This document shows, in pieces, positions 1 through 9,072 of a stretch of 59,756 nt of DNA; the first letter of the stretch is position 1; the number at the start of each line of letters is the position of its first letter. Location: positions 1 to 59,756 of the forward strand of contig BJGX01000005.1 of assembly GCA_014191035.1 (NCBI GenBank). The letters are read 5' to 3'. The notes under the pieces were generated by a model, which worked only from the letters and a program-made list of their open reading frames with translations, did not search any database and had not been told where the DNA came from. Source of the stretch: Candidatus Saccharimonadota bacterium (lineage in GTDB: Bacteria; Patescibacteriota; Saccharimonadia; CAILAD01; BJGX01). The translations under genes were made by a program, and so were the position numbers.

Positions 1-80
1 CTTCTTAATGAATTTTCTAATCGCATTGTTGCCTTCACCAAACTTGCCCTCTTATAAAATAATAATACTCTAAAGAATAA

Positions 81-107
81 AAAACTCCACTAATAAAAGT
101 GGAGTTT
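81..107 (-). terminator. Intrinsic terminator hairpin
   Basis: AAACTCCAC-N8-GTGGAGTTT inverted repeat at the stop of the 106..1086 gene, with a U-tract on the minus strand. Confidence 0.65.
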
Positions 108-1086
108 ATTCCTTGCGAAAACGGCTTAGGCTCTGTTTGGCCTCTTCGAAAAGACTATGCTTGTCATAGTAATGATGGGGTATCAGCGATTGACGATGAC
201 ATGCCCTGGCTATATCTCGCATCGTATCGTGACAATCTTTATGATCATTAATATATCGCCATTTTAGAACTTCACAGGCCGGCTCACTACCATCCAGAGT
301 GATAGCCACTGGAATAACCCAGCCCTTCATCATGTCCATTGTTCCATCCTTAAGTGGCTGCATATGCACTCCCTCTCGCCATATCAAATCCTTAGAAGCG
401 CTTGGCGCGATTGCTAGGATTGATCCGCCCCGAGAACGAAACTTTTCTATTTCTAGCTTGGTAAGCTCATTGGAAAGTCGCACTAGCTTAGAAGGGAAAT
501 TTTTACTTCTAACACTTGTGGTCGTGGGGAAGGTAAAAAAGACATTCGTAAAGAGCTGAATAGCTTCAACCGTCGGAATGGCCATATTTAGACCACTCAA
601 AGCAACCTGAGTTGTGGTTATCCCTCTGCTGATTACAATTCCGGTTTTGTCAGAAAAAGTATATTCGTCCAAGCCGTATACTTCTAGATGTTTCTTAATT
701 TGCAATCTTAGGCCACCAAGCACTAGGGCAATATCGATGACATTGCTGTGATTAGTGACGATTGTAAAATTAGACCCGGAATGACTTATTTCGCCTGCCA
801 AAAAGCTCATCATATCGGTATGCTTATTCCAGGCTTCTGGAATAACACCAAAGTTTTTATGTGCCGATGGCCCTAGTGGCGACAAGTCTTCATTGCTAAT
901 TGGGGTAGCCCTACAAACAGCAACTGATAGATCATGAAAATCATTATCTTTGCTGTATGGCATTGTCTGCAGTAGCTCAGTCAAATTCCTTTGACCAAGC
1001 TCTTCGATTTTTGAATAAATCAAATTATTATCGAATTGCTGCAATTCTTTTATGATTTGCTCTTTTCTTTGCAATTTCGAACTCAC
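106..1086 (-). CDS. Putative glycerolipid acyltransferase (PlsC/GPAT-like)
   Basis: NHSNVID matches the HxxxxD catalytic motif; IAPSASKD resembles the IAPSGGRD block of plastid/chlamydial GPAT; GTG start with AAGGAG SD. Confidence 0.55.
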   Translation of the reverse strand: MSSKLQRKEQIIKELQQFDNNLIYSKIEELGQRNLTELLQTMPYSKDNDFHDLSVAVCRATPISNEDLSPLGPSAHKNFGVIPEAWNKHTDMMSFLAGEISHSGSNFTIVTNHSNVIDIALVLGGLRLQIKKHLEVYGLDEYTFSDKTGIVISRGITTTQVALSGLNMAIPTVEAIQLFTNVFFTFPTTTSVRSKNFPSKLVRLSNELTKLEIEKFRSRGGSILAIAPSASKDLIWREGVHMQPLKDGTMDMMKGWVIPVAITLDGSEPACEVLKWRYINDHKDCHDTMRDIARACHRQSLIPHHYYDKHSLFEEAKQSLSRFRKE

Positions 1087-1163
1087 GCATTCTCCTTGTG
1101 GTAGGTACAGAACCAGAGTATTCTACATCAAATCACAACTTTTGTCATTATGATCTATTCTAT

Positions 1164-1193
1164 ACAAAAAGGCCCATATTTGGGCCTTTTTGT
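1164..1193. terminator. Intrinsic terminator after rplS
   Basis: ACAAAAAGGCCCA-TATT-TGGGCCTTTTTGT perfect inverted repeat. Confidence 0.8.
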
Positions 1194-1207
1194 TTACCGT
1201 ATAACTT

Positions 1208-1855
1208 TTATTTTTCGACTCTGTCGACGCCTTCTTGAAATTCTTCGGCTGGAAGCTGGGCTTCGTCTTCGCCATCAGTGTTTACCTTTTCGTCGGCAGG
1301 CTTGTCTTTAGGGGCTTCATCATTACTGGCATCTGCTTTGTCAGCTTCTTTAGTTTCTTCTTTAGCTAAATCATCAGTGCTTTCTTCAACTTGATTCAAT
1401 TCATCTTCATTTGCTTTAGCTTTTTCAGATTCAGCAATCTTAGCTTTTTCTTCTTCGGCTATCTGCTCGGCTGTTCTGTCGTCGGCATCATTTGCTGCAT
1501 TGCGGTCAAAATCTTGTTCGGCCATACGGGCAGACTTACCAGATCGAGCGCGCATATAGTTAAGAACTGCTCGGCGCACTTTGCTACGCTTAACAATCTG
1601 AATTTTTACAACATTTGGGCTGTGTACAAACCAGCTTTTTTCTACGCCTACACCAGAAGCAACCTTACGCACAGTTATAATTGCACCAACTGAGCCCTGT
1701 TTTCGGTAACTAATTACTAGGCCTTCAAAAATCTGAACACGTTCTTTTTTACCTTCTTTAATTTTTTGGTGAACGCGAACAGTATCACCAACGCGAACGT
1801 CGGCAATCTTTTTCTTGATAGAGCCTTTTTCAATCTTTGCTAGAGTTTCTTGCAT
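1208..1855 (-). CDS. rplS: 50S ribosomal protein L19 with acidic C-terminal extension
   Basis: GDTVRVHQKIKEGKKERVQIFEGLVI, VRKVASGVGVEK and KVRRAVLNYMR motifs. Confidence 0.97.
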   Translation of the reverse strand: MQETLAKIEKGSIKKKIADVRVGDTVRVHQKIKEGKKERVQIFEGLVISYRKQGSVGAIITVRKVASGVGVEKSWFVHSPNVVKIQIVKRSKVRRAVLNYMRARSGKSARMAEQDFDRNAANDADDRTAEQIAEEEKAKIAESEKAKANEDELNQVEESTDDLAKEETKEADKADASNDEAPKDKPADEKVNTDGEDEAQLPAEEFQEGVDRVEK

Positions 1856-1910
1856 AACGAAACAATTCTATCATATGCGATCATATCTGGCAAGTGCTCA
1901 TAATTAATGT

Positions 1911-4900
1911 TTATTTTGGGGCAGTTTCTGGCTGCTTGGTGACAACGCTCTCGATACCAGCAATGGCTTTTATTTCGCTCAAAATGCTTTCATCCAGCTT
2001 GATACCTCCCGGCAAGCGCATTTTCTGGTTGGTCGAAGTAAACAACAGAGTTACGGGTGTATCACCTTGGTTTTCATCAAGGATAGCCTTAATTTTCATT
2101 AATAATTCGGTATCGGTGATAGATTTTAGACTAATTGTTAAAGCAGACTCCTTACCCTGCTCTTCTTTGGGTTTTTCAGCTGGCTTAAGCCACATGCGGG
2201 CGGTCTCAGCATTTAAGACCTTGGCCTTATCAGCAAATATCTTAAGCTCATCAGTAGTATTGCCGTCGCGATCTTTGGCATTAATCTTGCCTTCGATCTC
2301 AAGTACATTATCAGCCGCAATAATTTCCTCAATCTTGGCATAAACACGCGGAAAAACGATTAACTCTACATCTCCATCTAGTGTTTCAAGTTGAACAAAG
2401 GCCATCGGGTCGTTGTTTTTGGTATAAATTTTGCGGGCCGATGTGACTATGCCGCCAATTGTGATTGCCCTGCCATCATCATTCTTGGTAAAGCTTTTAA
2501 TACTTTGGGTCTTATGCTTGAAGTAGTTTTTGAAATCATCGAGCGGATGAGTACTAACATAAAGACCGAGTAATTCCTTCTCCCACATTAGGTGTTGGCG
2601 AGGATCAATTTTATGAGTTGGCTTATCCATGCTGATCGGGGGTATTTCTTCATGCAGATTTAATGATCCAAAAATATCAATTTGTCCCGAAAGTGCGTTT
2701 TTTTGAACACGACTCGCATAAGAAGTAATTTTATCGACATTAAACAGCAAGGTATCACGATCCCCCATAGCATCGAACGCACCGCATCTAATTAAGCTTT
2801 CCATAACCTTCTTATTAACTACAGCAGCATCTACGCGTTGAGCAAAATCCTCGATCGATTTGAACGGCCCGTCAGCATCTCGAGCTTCGACAATCTTTTC
2901 GATAGGACCTTGGCCAACATTTTTAACAGCACCTAAGCCGAATCGAATATTGCCAGTTTCGGGAACAACCGCAAACTCCATGAATGATTCATTTATTTCA
3001 GGGGGCAAAACTTCGATGCCCATCTTACGGCACTCGGCCACTTCGATTGCGATACGATCTAAATTTTCATGATCACTGGTAAGTAAGGCTGCCATGAAAG
3101 CTGATGGATAGTGGCTCTTTAAATAAGCTGTCTGTACAGAAATAAGTGCATAACATGCGGCGTGGGATTTGTTAAAACTATAAGCAGCAAAATCTTCTAG
3201 ACCCTTCCATAAATCCTCGACAAACTTTTTGTCAGCATCAGAAGTCTTGATGGCTCCGTCGATAAATTCATTTTTCATCTTGGCTATGACTTCAGGAATT
3301 TTCTTGCCTATACCCTTTCGCAGCGTGTCGGCCTGACCACCGGTAAAGCCACTGAGGTCTTTTGCGATTTGCATAACCTGCTCTTGGTACACAATAATTC
3401 CGTAAGTTTCCTTGAGTGCTGCTTCCATCTTGGGATGACCATAAGTAACTAATTCCGGTCTGTGCTTACGATTTATAAAGTCTTCAATCCACTGCATTGG
3501 ACCCGGGCGATACAGCGAAACCATCGCAATAATGTCTTCGAATTTGTCGGGCTTAAGTTCACGCAAGTAGCGTTTCATACCTGCGGATTCGAGTTGGAAT
3601 ACGCCGGTTGTGTCGCCATTACTCAAGAGCTCAAAAGTTTTTTTATCGTCAATAGGAATATCTGTGATGACGATTTCTTTTTCATATACTCTTTTGATAA
3701 TACGTATGGCATTTTTGATAACAGTTAAGTTTGATAGTCCTAAGAAGTCAAACTTCAGTAGCCCCAACTCTTCGATCGGATTCATAGAATACTGAGTTGC
3801 TATACCGCCCTTACTTGCACGAGTCAATGGCGTGTATTCCACTAGAGGCTCTGGTGCAATTACCACACCCGCAGCATGGGTGCCGGCGTTACGTATTGTG
3901 CCCTCGAGCTGGATGGCAATATCGATAATCTCTTTATTTTTAGGGCTGGCATTATATACAGCCTTTAGCTCCGGGCTGTCTTCAACCGAAACTTTTAGTG
4001 GTATATGCCTACCCTGTACCGGCGGAGGTACAACCTTGGCAATTGCATCGACCTCTCCGTAAGGCGCACCAAGCACACGGCCTGTGTCACGCACGGCGTT
4101 TCGCGCAGCCATAACGCCAAAAGTAATTATCTGTGCTACTCGTTCTTGGCCGTACTTTTCGGTGGCATAAGCAATAACTTCTTCGCGACGGTCATCGGCA
4201 TAATCCATATCAATATCGGGCATACTAATTCGATCTGGGTTCAAGAATCGCTCAAAGAGTAGTTCGTAGCGAATAGGATCTAACTCGGTGATCTTCGTGC
4301 AATATGCAATTATACTTCCAGCCGCACTACCCCTACCCGGGCCACAAACAATGCCCTGCGATTTGCTCCAGTTAATAAGATCCGAAACGATAAGCATGTA
4401 GCCTTCATAGCCCATTTCGCCAATAACTTTTAGCTCGTATTCAATCCTATCTAAAACCTCCGGCTTTAATTTAGGCTTTACCCTTTTTTCTGTTAACGTT
4501 TCGGGCTTATCGGTTGGTAAGTCGGTATAACGATCTGCAGCCCCTTGATAAACCAACTTACGCAAATAGCTCTTTTCGGTTTCCCCCTCCGGTACACCTG
4601 GGAAGCGCGGAATTAAAATTTTACCAAGCTCTATCTCGACATTGCACATTTCAGCAATCTTAACGGTATTACTTAGAACTTCTGGATGATCCGGGAATCT
4701 GTCTAAAAAATAGCTACCAGGCTGAACAGACAAGTCCATCTCAAGCTTCATTCTGTTTTCGTCATCAATATTGGAGCCTGTCTGTACACAAAGCAAAATA
4801 TCATGCGGATAATGATCGGCCTCGGTGGAGTAATGGCAGTCACCAGTTACAACCATATCGATTCCCAACTTCTCGGAAATTTCCATCAATCCCTTATTAA

Positions 4901-5522
4901 GTTTCTTTTGTGGGGCCCAATCAATATGAGGCTGAAGTTCTAGATAATAATTTTCTTTACCAAAAATTCCTAGATACCATTTGGCAAGTTCTAAAGCCTG
5001 CTCCATTTGATCATTACTTATTAATGTGCCAAGCTCACCACCCAAACAACCAGACAGCGCAATAATTCCATCGTGATATTTTTCAATAAGTTCATGGTCA
5101 ATTCTGGGCTTATAATAAAACCCCTCCAGACAAGCAATGGTACTTAGCTTCATTAAGTTCTGATAGCCCTGATTGTTTTTGGCTAACAAAGTTAAGTGGT
5201 ATGGATTGCGGTCTTCGGCCGAGTTCTTATCGGTGTGCTTTCGTGGCGCTACATAAGTTTCTAATCCAATAATTGGTCTAATGCCCTTAGCTTTGCAGGC
5301 TTTATAAAACTCGATACTTCCACTCAATGTCCCGTGGTCGGTAATCGCAACCGAAGCTTGGCCAATTGATTCTACACGATCAACTAATTGAGGTATTTTT
5401 TGCAAACCATCGAGCAGGCTGTAATGAGTATGGTTGTGCAAATGGACAAAATCAACAAAGCCTTCGCTTTTGCGTGCTTTATTTATAATCTCATTTTTCA
5501 AAGCTAAATCACTCCCCGGCAT
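1911..5522 (-). CDS. dnaE: DNA polymerase III alpha subunit
   Basis: PHP domain HLHNHTHYSLLDG; GRGSAAGS; PDIDMD; FNKSHAACY; C-terminal OB fold. Confidence 0.98.
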   Translation of the reverse strand: MPGSDLALKNEIINKARKSEGFVDFVHLHNHTHYSLLDGLQKIPQLVDRVESIGQASVAITDHGTLSGSIEFYKACKAKGIRPIIGLETYVAPRKHTDKNSAEDRNPYHLTLLAKNNQGYQNLMKLSTIACLEGFYYKPRIDHELIEKYHDGIIALSGCLGGELGTLISNDQMEQALELAKWYLGIFGKENYYLELQPHIDWAPQKKLNKGLMEISEKLGIDMVVTGDCHYSTEADHYPHDILLCVQTGSNIDDENRMKLEMDLSVQPGSYFLDRFPDHPEVLSNTVKIAEMCNVEIELGKILIPRFPGVPEGETEKSYLRKLVYQGAADRYTDLPTDKPETLTEKRVKPKLKPEVLDRIEYELKVIGEMGYEGYMLIVSDLINWSKSQGIVCGPGRGSAAGSIIAYCTKITELDPIRYELLFERFLNPDRISMPDIDMDYADDRREEVIAYATEKYGQERVAQIITFGVMAARNAVRDTGRVLGAPYGEVDAIAKVVPPPVQGRHIPLKVSVEDSPELKAVYNASPKNKEIIDIAIQLEGTIRNAGTHAAGVVIAPEPLVEYTPLTRASKGGIATQYSMNPIEELGLLKFDFLGLSNLTVIKNAIRIIKRVYEKEIVITDIPIDDKKTFELLSNGDTTGVFQLESAGMKRYLRELKPDKFEDIIAMVSLYRPGPMQWIEDFINRKHRPELVTYGHPKMEAALKETYGIIVYQEQVMQIAKDLSGFTGGQADTLRKGIGKKIPEVIAKMKNEFIDGAIKTSDADKKFVEDLWKGLEDFAAYSFNKSHAACYALISVQTAYLKSHYPSAFMAALLTSDHENLDRIAIEVAECRKMGIEVLPPEINESFMEFAVVPETGNIRFGLGAVKNVGQGPIEKIVEARDADGPFKSIEDFAQRVDAAVVNKKVMESLIRCGAFDAMGDRDTLLFNVDKITSYASRVQKNALSGQIDIFGSLNLHEEIPPISMDKPTHKIDPRQHLMWEKELLGLYVSTHPLDDFKNYFKHKTQSIKSFTKNDDGRAITIGGIVTSARKIYTKNNDPMAFVQLETLDGDVELIVFPRVYAKIEEIIAADNVLEIEGKINAKDRDGNTTDELKIFADKAKVLNAETARMWLKPAEKPKEEQGKESALTISLKSITDTELLMKIKAILDENQGDTPVTLLFTSTNQKMRLPGGIKLDESILSEIKAIAGIESVVTKQPETAPK

Positions 5523-5539
5523 AATTTTATTATAGCAAC

Positions 5540-5797
5540 CTACTTAGAAGTTGTGACAGCTTCACCTATTTTATTTATAAATTCCCCAATAAAAGGTATG
5601 CCGCCCAAATAAGTTACCATTAGGCCAATTATCAATATGGCCACTGCAGCACCAAACACTCCTGCAAATCCCCTAACAAATCCTGCTTTAAAATTAAGCC
5701 ACAATAATTTTCTTCGATCTTTAAGAGTTTCTAATATTGCATCGAGCGATACTAGATCTTGTTTGGAAATATTTTTATATTCATTCTTTTTAGACAT
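5540..5797 (-). CDS. Small membrane protein (DUF5665-like)
   Basis: NFKAGFVRGFAG...IPFIGEF pattern with one to two TM segments. Confidence 0.65.
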   Translation of the reverse strand: MSKKNEYKNISKQDLVSLDAILETLKDRRKLLWLNFKAGFVRGFAGVFGAAVAILIIGLMVTYLGGIPFIGEFINKIGEAVTTSK

Positions 5798-6309
5798 TAT
5801 TTTGTCTTCTTGGAAGATGTATCTTTACGAACTTCTTTAGCTGCTACATTTACTACTTTTTGAGTAGACTTACCTGCCTTTGAGACGAATTTTTTAGTTT
5901 CTTTTAATGCTCCACTTTTTTGAGTATTTAATTCTTGCATCAAAACCTTTCCATCTTGAATCAGTTTATCAGCCTCCCTTGCGGCCACTTTAGTCACCTT
6001 TTTTCCTGATTTACTGAAATCATCACCTTTTTCTGATAGGTCTTTTTTCAATCTTTCTGCCTTATCAATAAGCTCCATCTTTTTCTTTTTAGCTTCACCC
6101 GTTAGATTGTCTGCTTCTTTGCGTGCCTTCTTTATCTTCTCATCCAAATCATTACTAATCTCTTTTGCCTTTTTCGCAATATCCTCCCTTAGTTCTTTGC
6201 CAGCCTTTGGTGCAAAAAGTAAAGCAAGTGTGCCTGCGATTGCAGCTCCAATTGCTGCCCCTTTGAAGAATCCTTTATTTTTCACTATTTCTTTTTCCTT
6301 TCTTTTCAT
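5797..6309 (-). CDS. YtxH-domain general stress protein
   Basis: GAAIGAAIAGTLALLFAPKAGKELRE signature followed by coiled coil. Confidence 0.88.
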   Translation of the reverse strand: MKRKEKEIVKNKGFFKGAAIGAAIAGTLALLFAPKAGKELREDIAKKAKEISNDLDEKIKKARKEADNLTGEAKKKKMELIDKAERLKKDLSEKGDDFSKSGKKVTKVAAREADKLIQDGKVLMQELNTQKSGALKETKKFVSKAGKSTQKVVNVAAKEVRKDTSSKKTK

Positions 6310-6568
6310 AATGTTTTCTTAAATATTTTTCTATAAGCACCGCAATAACTCCTGGATTAACAACCGCGCTTCTTACTTCATCAACCAGCTCTGTTGCTGT
6401 ATCAGCACTCTCTTGAACCTTTTTAGATGCTATCATAACTTCATTGGAAGCCAGGCGAACCTGCTTCATTGTCTTTATTAGCCCTATTAAAAATATGACT
6501 GTATAAATAATAAGTATCACCAAGGCAATCGATACCAAAGTAATTAGAACTACTAATAGATTATTCAT
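6275..6568 (-). CDS. Membrane-anchored coiled-coil protein (DUF948/YoxC-like)
   Basis: N-terminal TM then coiled coil, directly upstream of the YtxH gene. Confidence 0.55.
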   Translation of the reverse strand: MNNLLVVLITLVSIALVILIIYTVIFLIGLIKTMKQVRLASNEVMIASKKVQESADTATELVDEVRSAVVNPGVIAVLIEKYLRKHYEKKGKRNSEK

Positions 6569-7185
6569 TATTTACCCTCTTTCTTTATTTTAGATTTTGC
6601 TCTACTAATTATACCACTTGATTTACTAGGCATTTTAGAATGAACGTGTCTATCTAAAACAACCCATTCATTTTTTTCAATTAGACTATTAGGTATTACA
6701 TGAAGCCTTCCGTTCTTATCCTCTATTCTGGTCTTTTTGATGTCCATTTCTCTTACCACGCCCTCGGTCTTTTGGTCTCCTGCCTTGACTTCAAAGCCCA
6801 CCTTAAAATCTTTGTCATTGGCTAACTGTAAACCTGCCAAAACATCGCTTACAGTAGAAGTAATCGCATTAGAAAATCCCAAAAGCACAATAGCAAATGA
6901 TCCAGTAAGGGCTAGGGCCACATTTGTTAAGCCAAGCACCTGCAATAGAACTAAAAAGAAGATAACCCAAAGTACCACTTTAATAAGAGCAGCTGAAATT
7001 TCCTGAAGACCAACTGGCCATTTAGTCCATTTAATCGATCTATTAACAAACATGCTCAGTAACTTTATTAAGATAATACCAACCACAATAACAACCAGAG
7101 CAAGTGGTAGTCGTGTAATCAGATCGTCAACCGATAAATTTACGTTGCCAAAACCTTTTAATATGTCGTTTTGAATATTTTGCAT
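6568..7185 (-). CDS. Small-conductance mechanosensitive channel family protein
   Basis: Three TM segments, then FKVG...EGVVREMDIKKTRI...VIPNS MscS beta-domain pattern. Confidence 0.85.
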   Translation of the reverse strand: MQNIQNDILKGFGNVNLSVDDLITRLPLALVVIVVGIILIKLLSMFVNRSIKWTKWPVGLQEISAALIKVVLWVIFFLVLLQVLGLTNVALALTGSFAIVLLGFSNAITSTVSDVLAGLQLANDKDFKVGFEVKAGDQKTEGVVREMDIKKTRIEDKNGRLHVIPNSLIEKNEWVVLDRHVHSKMPSKSSGIISRAKSKIKKEGK

Positions 7186-7189
7186 AATT

Positions 7190-8608
7190 TTATCCTTTCA
7201 ATAATTTAACCACAAGCTCATTAACTTTTGAAGGATTAGCCTGTCCTTTAGTTTCTTTCATGACCTGCCCTACAAAAAATCCTAATACTTTTTCACTTCC
7301 CGACCTATAATCTTCAACTGGCTTAGGATTGTTTTTAATTATTTCGGTAATTATTTTTTCTAGTTCTGTATCATCAGAAACCTGAACCAGACCCCTATCA
7401 TCGATAATCTTGCTGGGTGCTTCCCCTCCGCAAACTTCCGCAAAAATTTCTTTACCTATTTTAGAGCTAATCTCTTCATCATCAATCAGCTTAACTAGCT
7501 CTGCTAAGTTTTTTCCGGTAAGGTCTTTTCTGTCGTCTAGTCCAAGTGCCTGAAAATCTCCAACCAGCCAGTTAACAGCCTTTTTTATTAGTTTTTCTTT
7601 TTTTAATATTTCTCTGGCATCCTGAAAAATTTTTGCTGTTTTTGGCTGAGATATCAGCAGGTCTTGATCGTCTACGCTCAAACCGATTTCAAGTAGTTCT
7701 TTTCTTATCGTACTGGGCAATACATCTATTTCTTTTTGAATCTCAGAAATAAAATCGTTACTCAAATTTAATGGCGGGATATCTGGCTCAGGAAAATAAC
7801 GATAGTCATTTGCCTCTTCTTTACTCCTTTGAGAAAAAGTTTTTGATTTAGCATCATTCCAGCCGCGCGTTTCTTGTTTTACTTTTTCTCCAGATTCTAG
7901 TAAATCAATTTGTCTTTGAATTTCATATTTTAGCGCCCTCTCGGCATTTCTAAATGAATTAAGATTTTTCAATTCTGTTCTTGTTCCAAGTTCTTCGCTG
8001 TCACTAACCGAAACATTTAAATCAAATTTGAAATTACCATGCTCCATATCTCCATTGCATACACCAAGCGCAGTGACAATATTATATATTTCCTGTAGGT
8101 ATCGCTTGGCTTCTTCGGGACTATTTATATCAGGCTCGGAAACAATCTCAACCAACGGAGTTCCTGCACGGTTATAATCAACTAGGCTGTAGTCGGCACC
8201 ATCTGGATGTGTTAGCTTGCCTGCATCTTCTTCTATGTGAGCATGGTGTATGCCAATTTTTTTGAATTCTTTATCTATTAAGATTTCCACGAAACCATCT
8301 TGAATAATAGGCTCATACATTTGAGTTATCTGATAACCCTTAGGGGAGTCTGGATAAAAGTAGTTCTTGCGATCAAAACTTGTGACATTTGCAACCTTAG
8401 CGTTAAAGCCTTTAGCCATTTTTATTGCCATTTCTACTGCACCTTTATTTATAACCGGTAGCGTTCCAGGTAAAGCCATGCATACCGGACATATATTGCT
8501 ATTAGGCTTAGATCCACGACTATCGTTGTTGCAACCACAAAACATTTTACTTTTTGTTGCAAGCTGGGTGTGAATTTCTATTCCAATTGTTGGCTTATAT
8601 TTACTCAT
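7190..8608 (-). CDS. gatB: Asp/Glu-tRNA amidotransferase subunit B
   Basis: IGIEIHTQL, FDRKNYFYPD, EEDAGK, DYRYFPEPD, GQVMKETKGQANP. Confidence 0.98.
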   Translation of the reverse strand: MSKYKPTIGIEIHTQLATKSKMFCGCNNDSRGSKPNSNICPVCMALPGTLPVINKGAVEMAIKMAKGFNAKVANVTSFDRKNYFYPDSPKGYQITQMYEPIIQDGFVEILIDKEFKKIGIHHAHIEEDAGKLTHPDGADYSLVDYNRAGTPLVEIVSEPDINSPEEAKRYLQEIYNIVTALGVCNGDMEHGNFKFDLNVSVSDSEELGTRTELKNLNSFRNAERALKYEIQRQIDLLESGEKVKQETRGWNDAKSKTFSQRSKEEANDYRYFPEPDIPPLNLSNDFISEIQKEIDVLPSTIRKELLEIGLSVDDQDLLISQPKTAKIFQDAREILKKEKLIKKAVNWLVGDFQALGLDDRKDLTGKNLAELVKLIDDEEISSKIGKEIFAEVCGGEAPSKIIDDRGLVQVSDDTELEKIITEIIKNNPKPVEDYRSGSEKVLGFFVGQVMKETKGQANPSKVNELVVKLLKG

Positions 8609-9072
8609 GATAGTTTTATTCCTAAATCTCTTATAGCAAGTCCTAGATCATCAATTGCCCTTTTGATCTGTTCGGGAACCAAATCATGCTCCACCTCATG
8701 AGCAATTTGGTTACGTAATTTGTGAGCAGACCAAACTGCGTTTAAATTATTAAACCTACTTCCTTCGCTTTTTAATCTATCCCCCATCGTCTCACCAGCA
8801 AATCCCTTGCCAATCATGCAATAATCTAGCAATTTATCAGCATCAATTAAAGCAGCCTTAAGTCCTGAAGGACCAGAGTTTTGCATTGTTTTAATTTCTG
8901 CCCATTTTGCCTGAACTAAACCCTGATCTAAAACTTTTGAATTTTCTTGATTACTATTTTCTTCTGGTTTAAAACTTTTTCTTATTGGCTGAGCTCTTCC
9001 CTTTAAAAGAATAACAATCAAAGAACTAATGACTATTAAAGCCAAAAAAAACGAAATTAAGGACAAATTCAT
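8605..9072 (-). CDS. Membrane-anchored protein with HEPN-like RxxxxH motif
   Basis: N-terminal TM; DADKLLD...GETMGDRLK...AHKLRNQIAHE; 4-nt overlaps with gatA and gatB. Confidence 0.6.
   Translation of the reverse strand: MNLSLISFFLALIVISSLIVILLKGRAQPIRKSFKPEENSNQENSKVLDQGLVQAKWAEIKTMQNSGPSGLKAALIDADKLLDYCMIGKGFAGETMGDRLKSEGSRFNNLNAVWSAHKLRNQIAHEVEHDLVPEQIKRAIDDLGLAIRDLGIKLS

Noticed and set aside
1911-5522. Intein or intron in dnaE (also considered for ligA, uvrA, uvrB)
   Set aside because: Lengths are normal and no splicing motifs or homing-endonuclease inserts are visible
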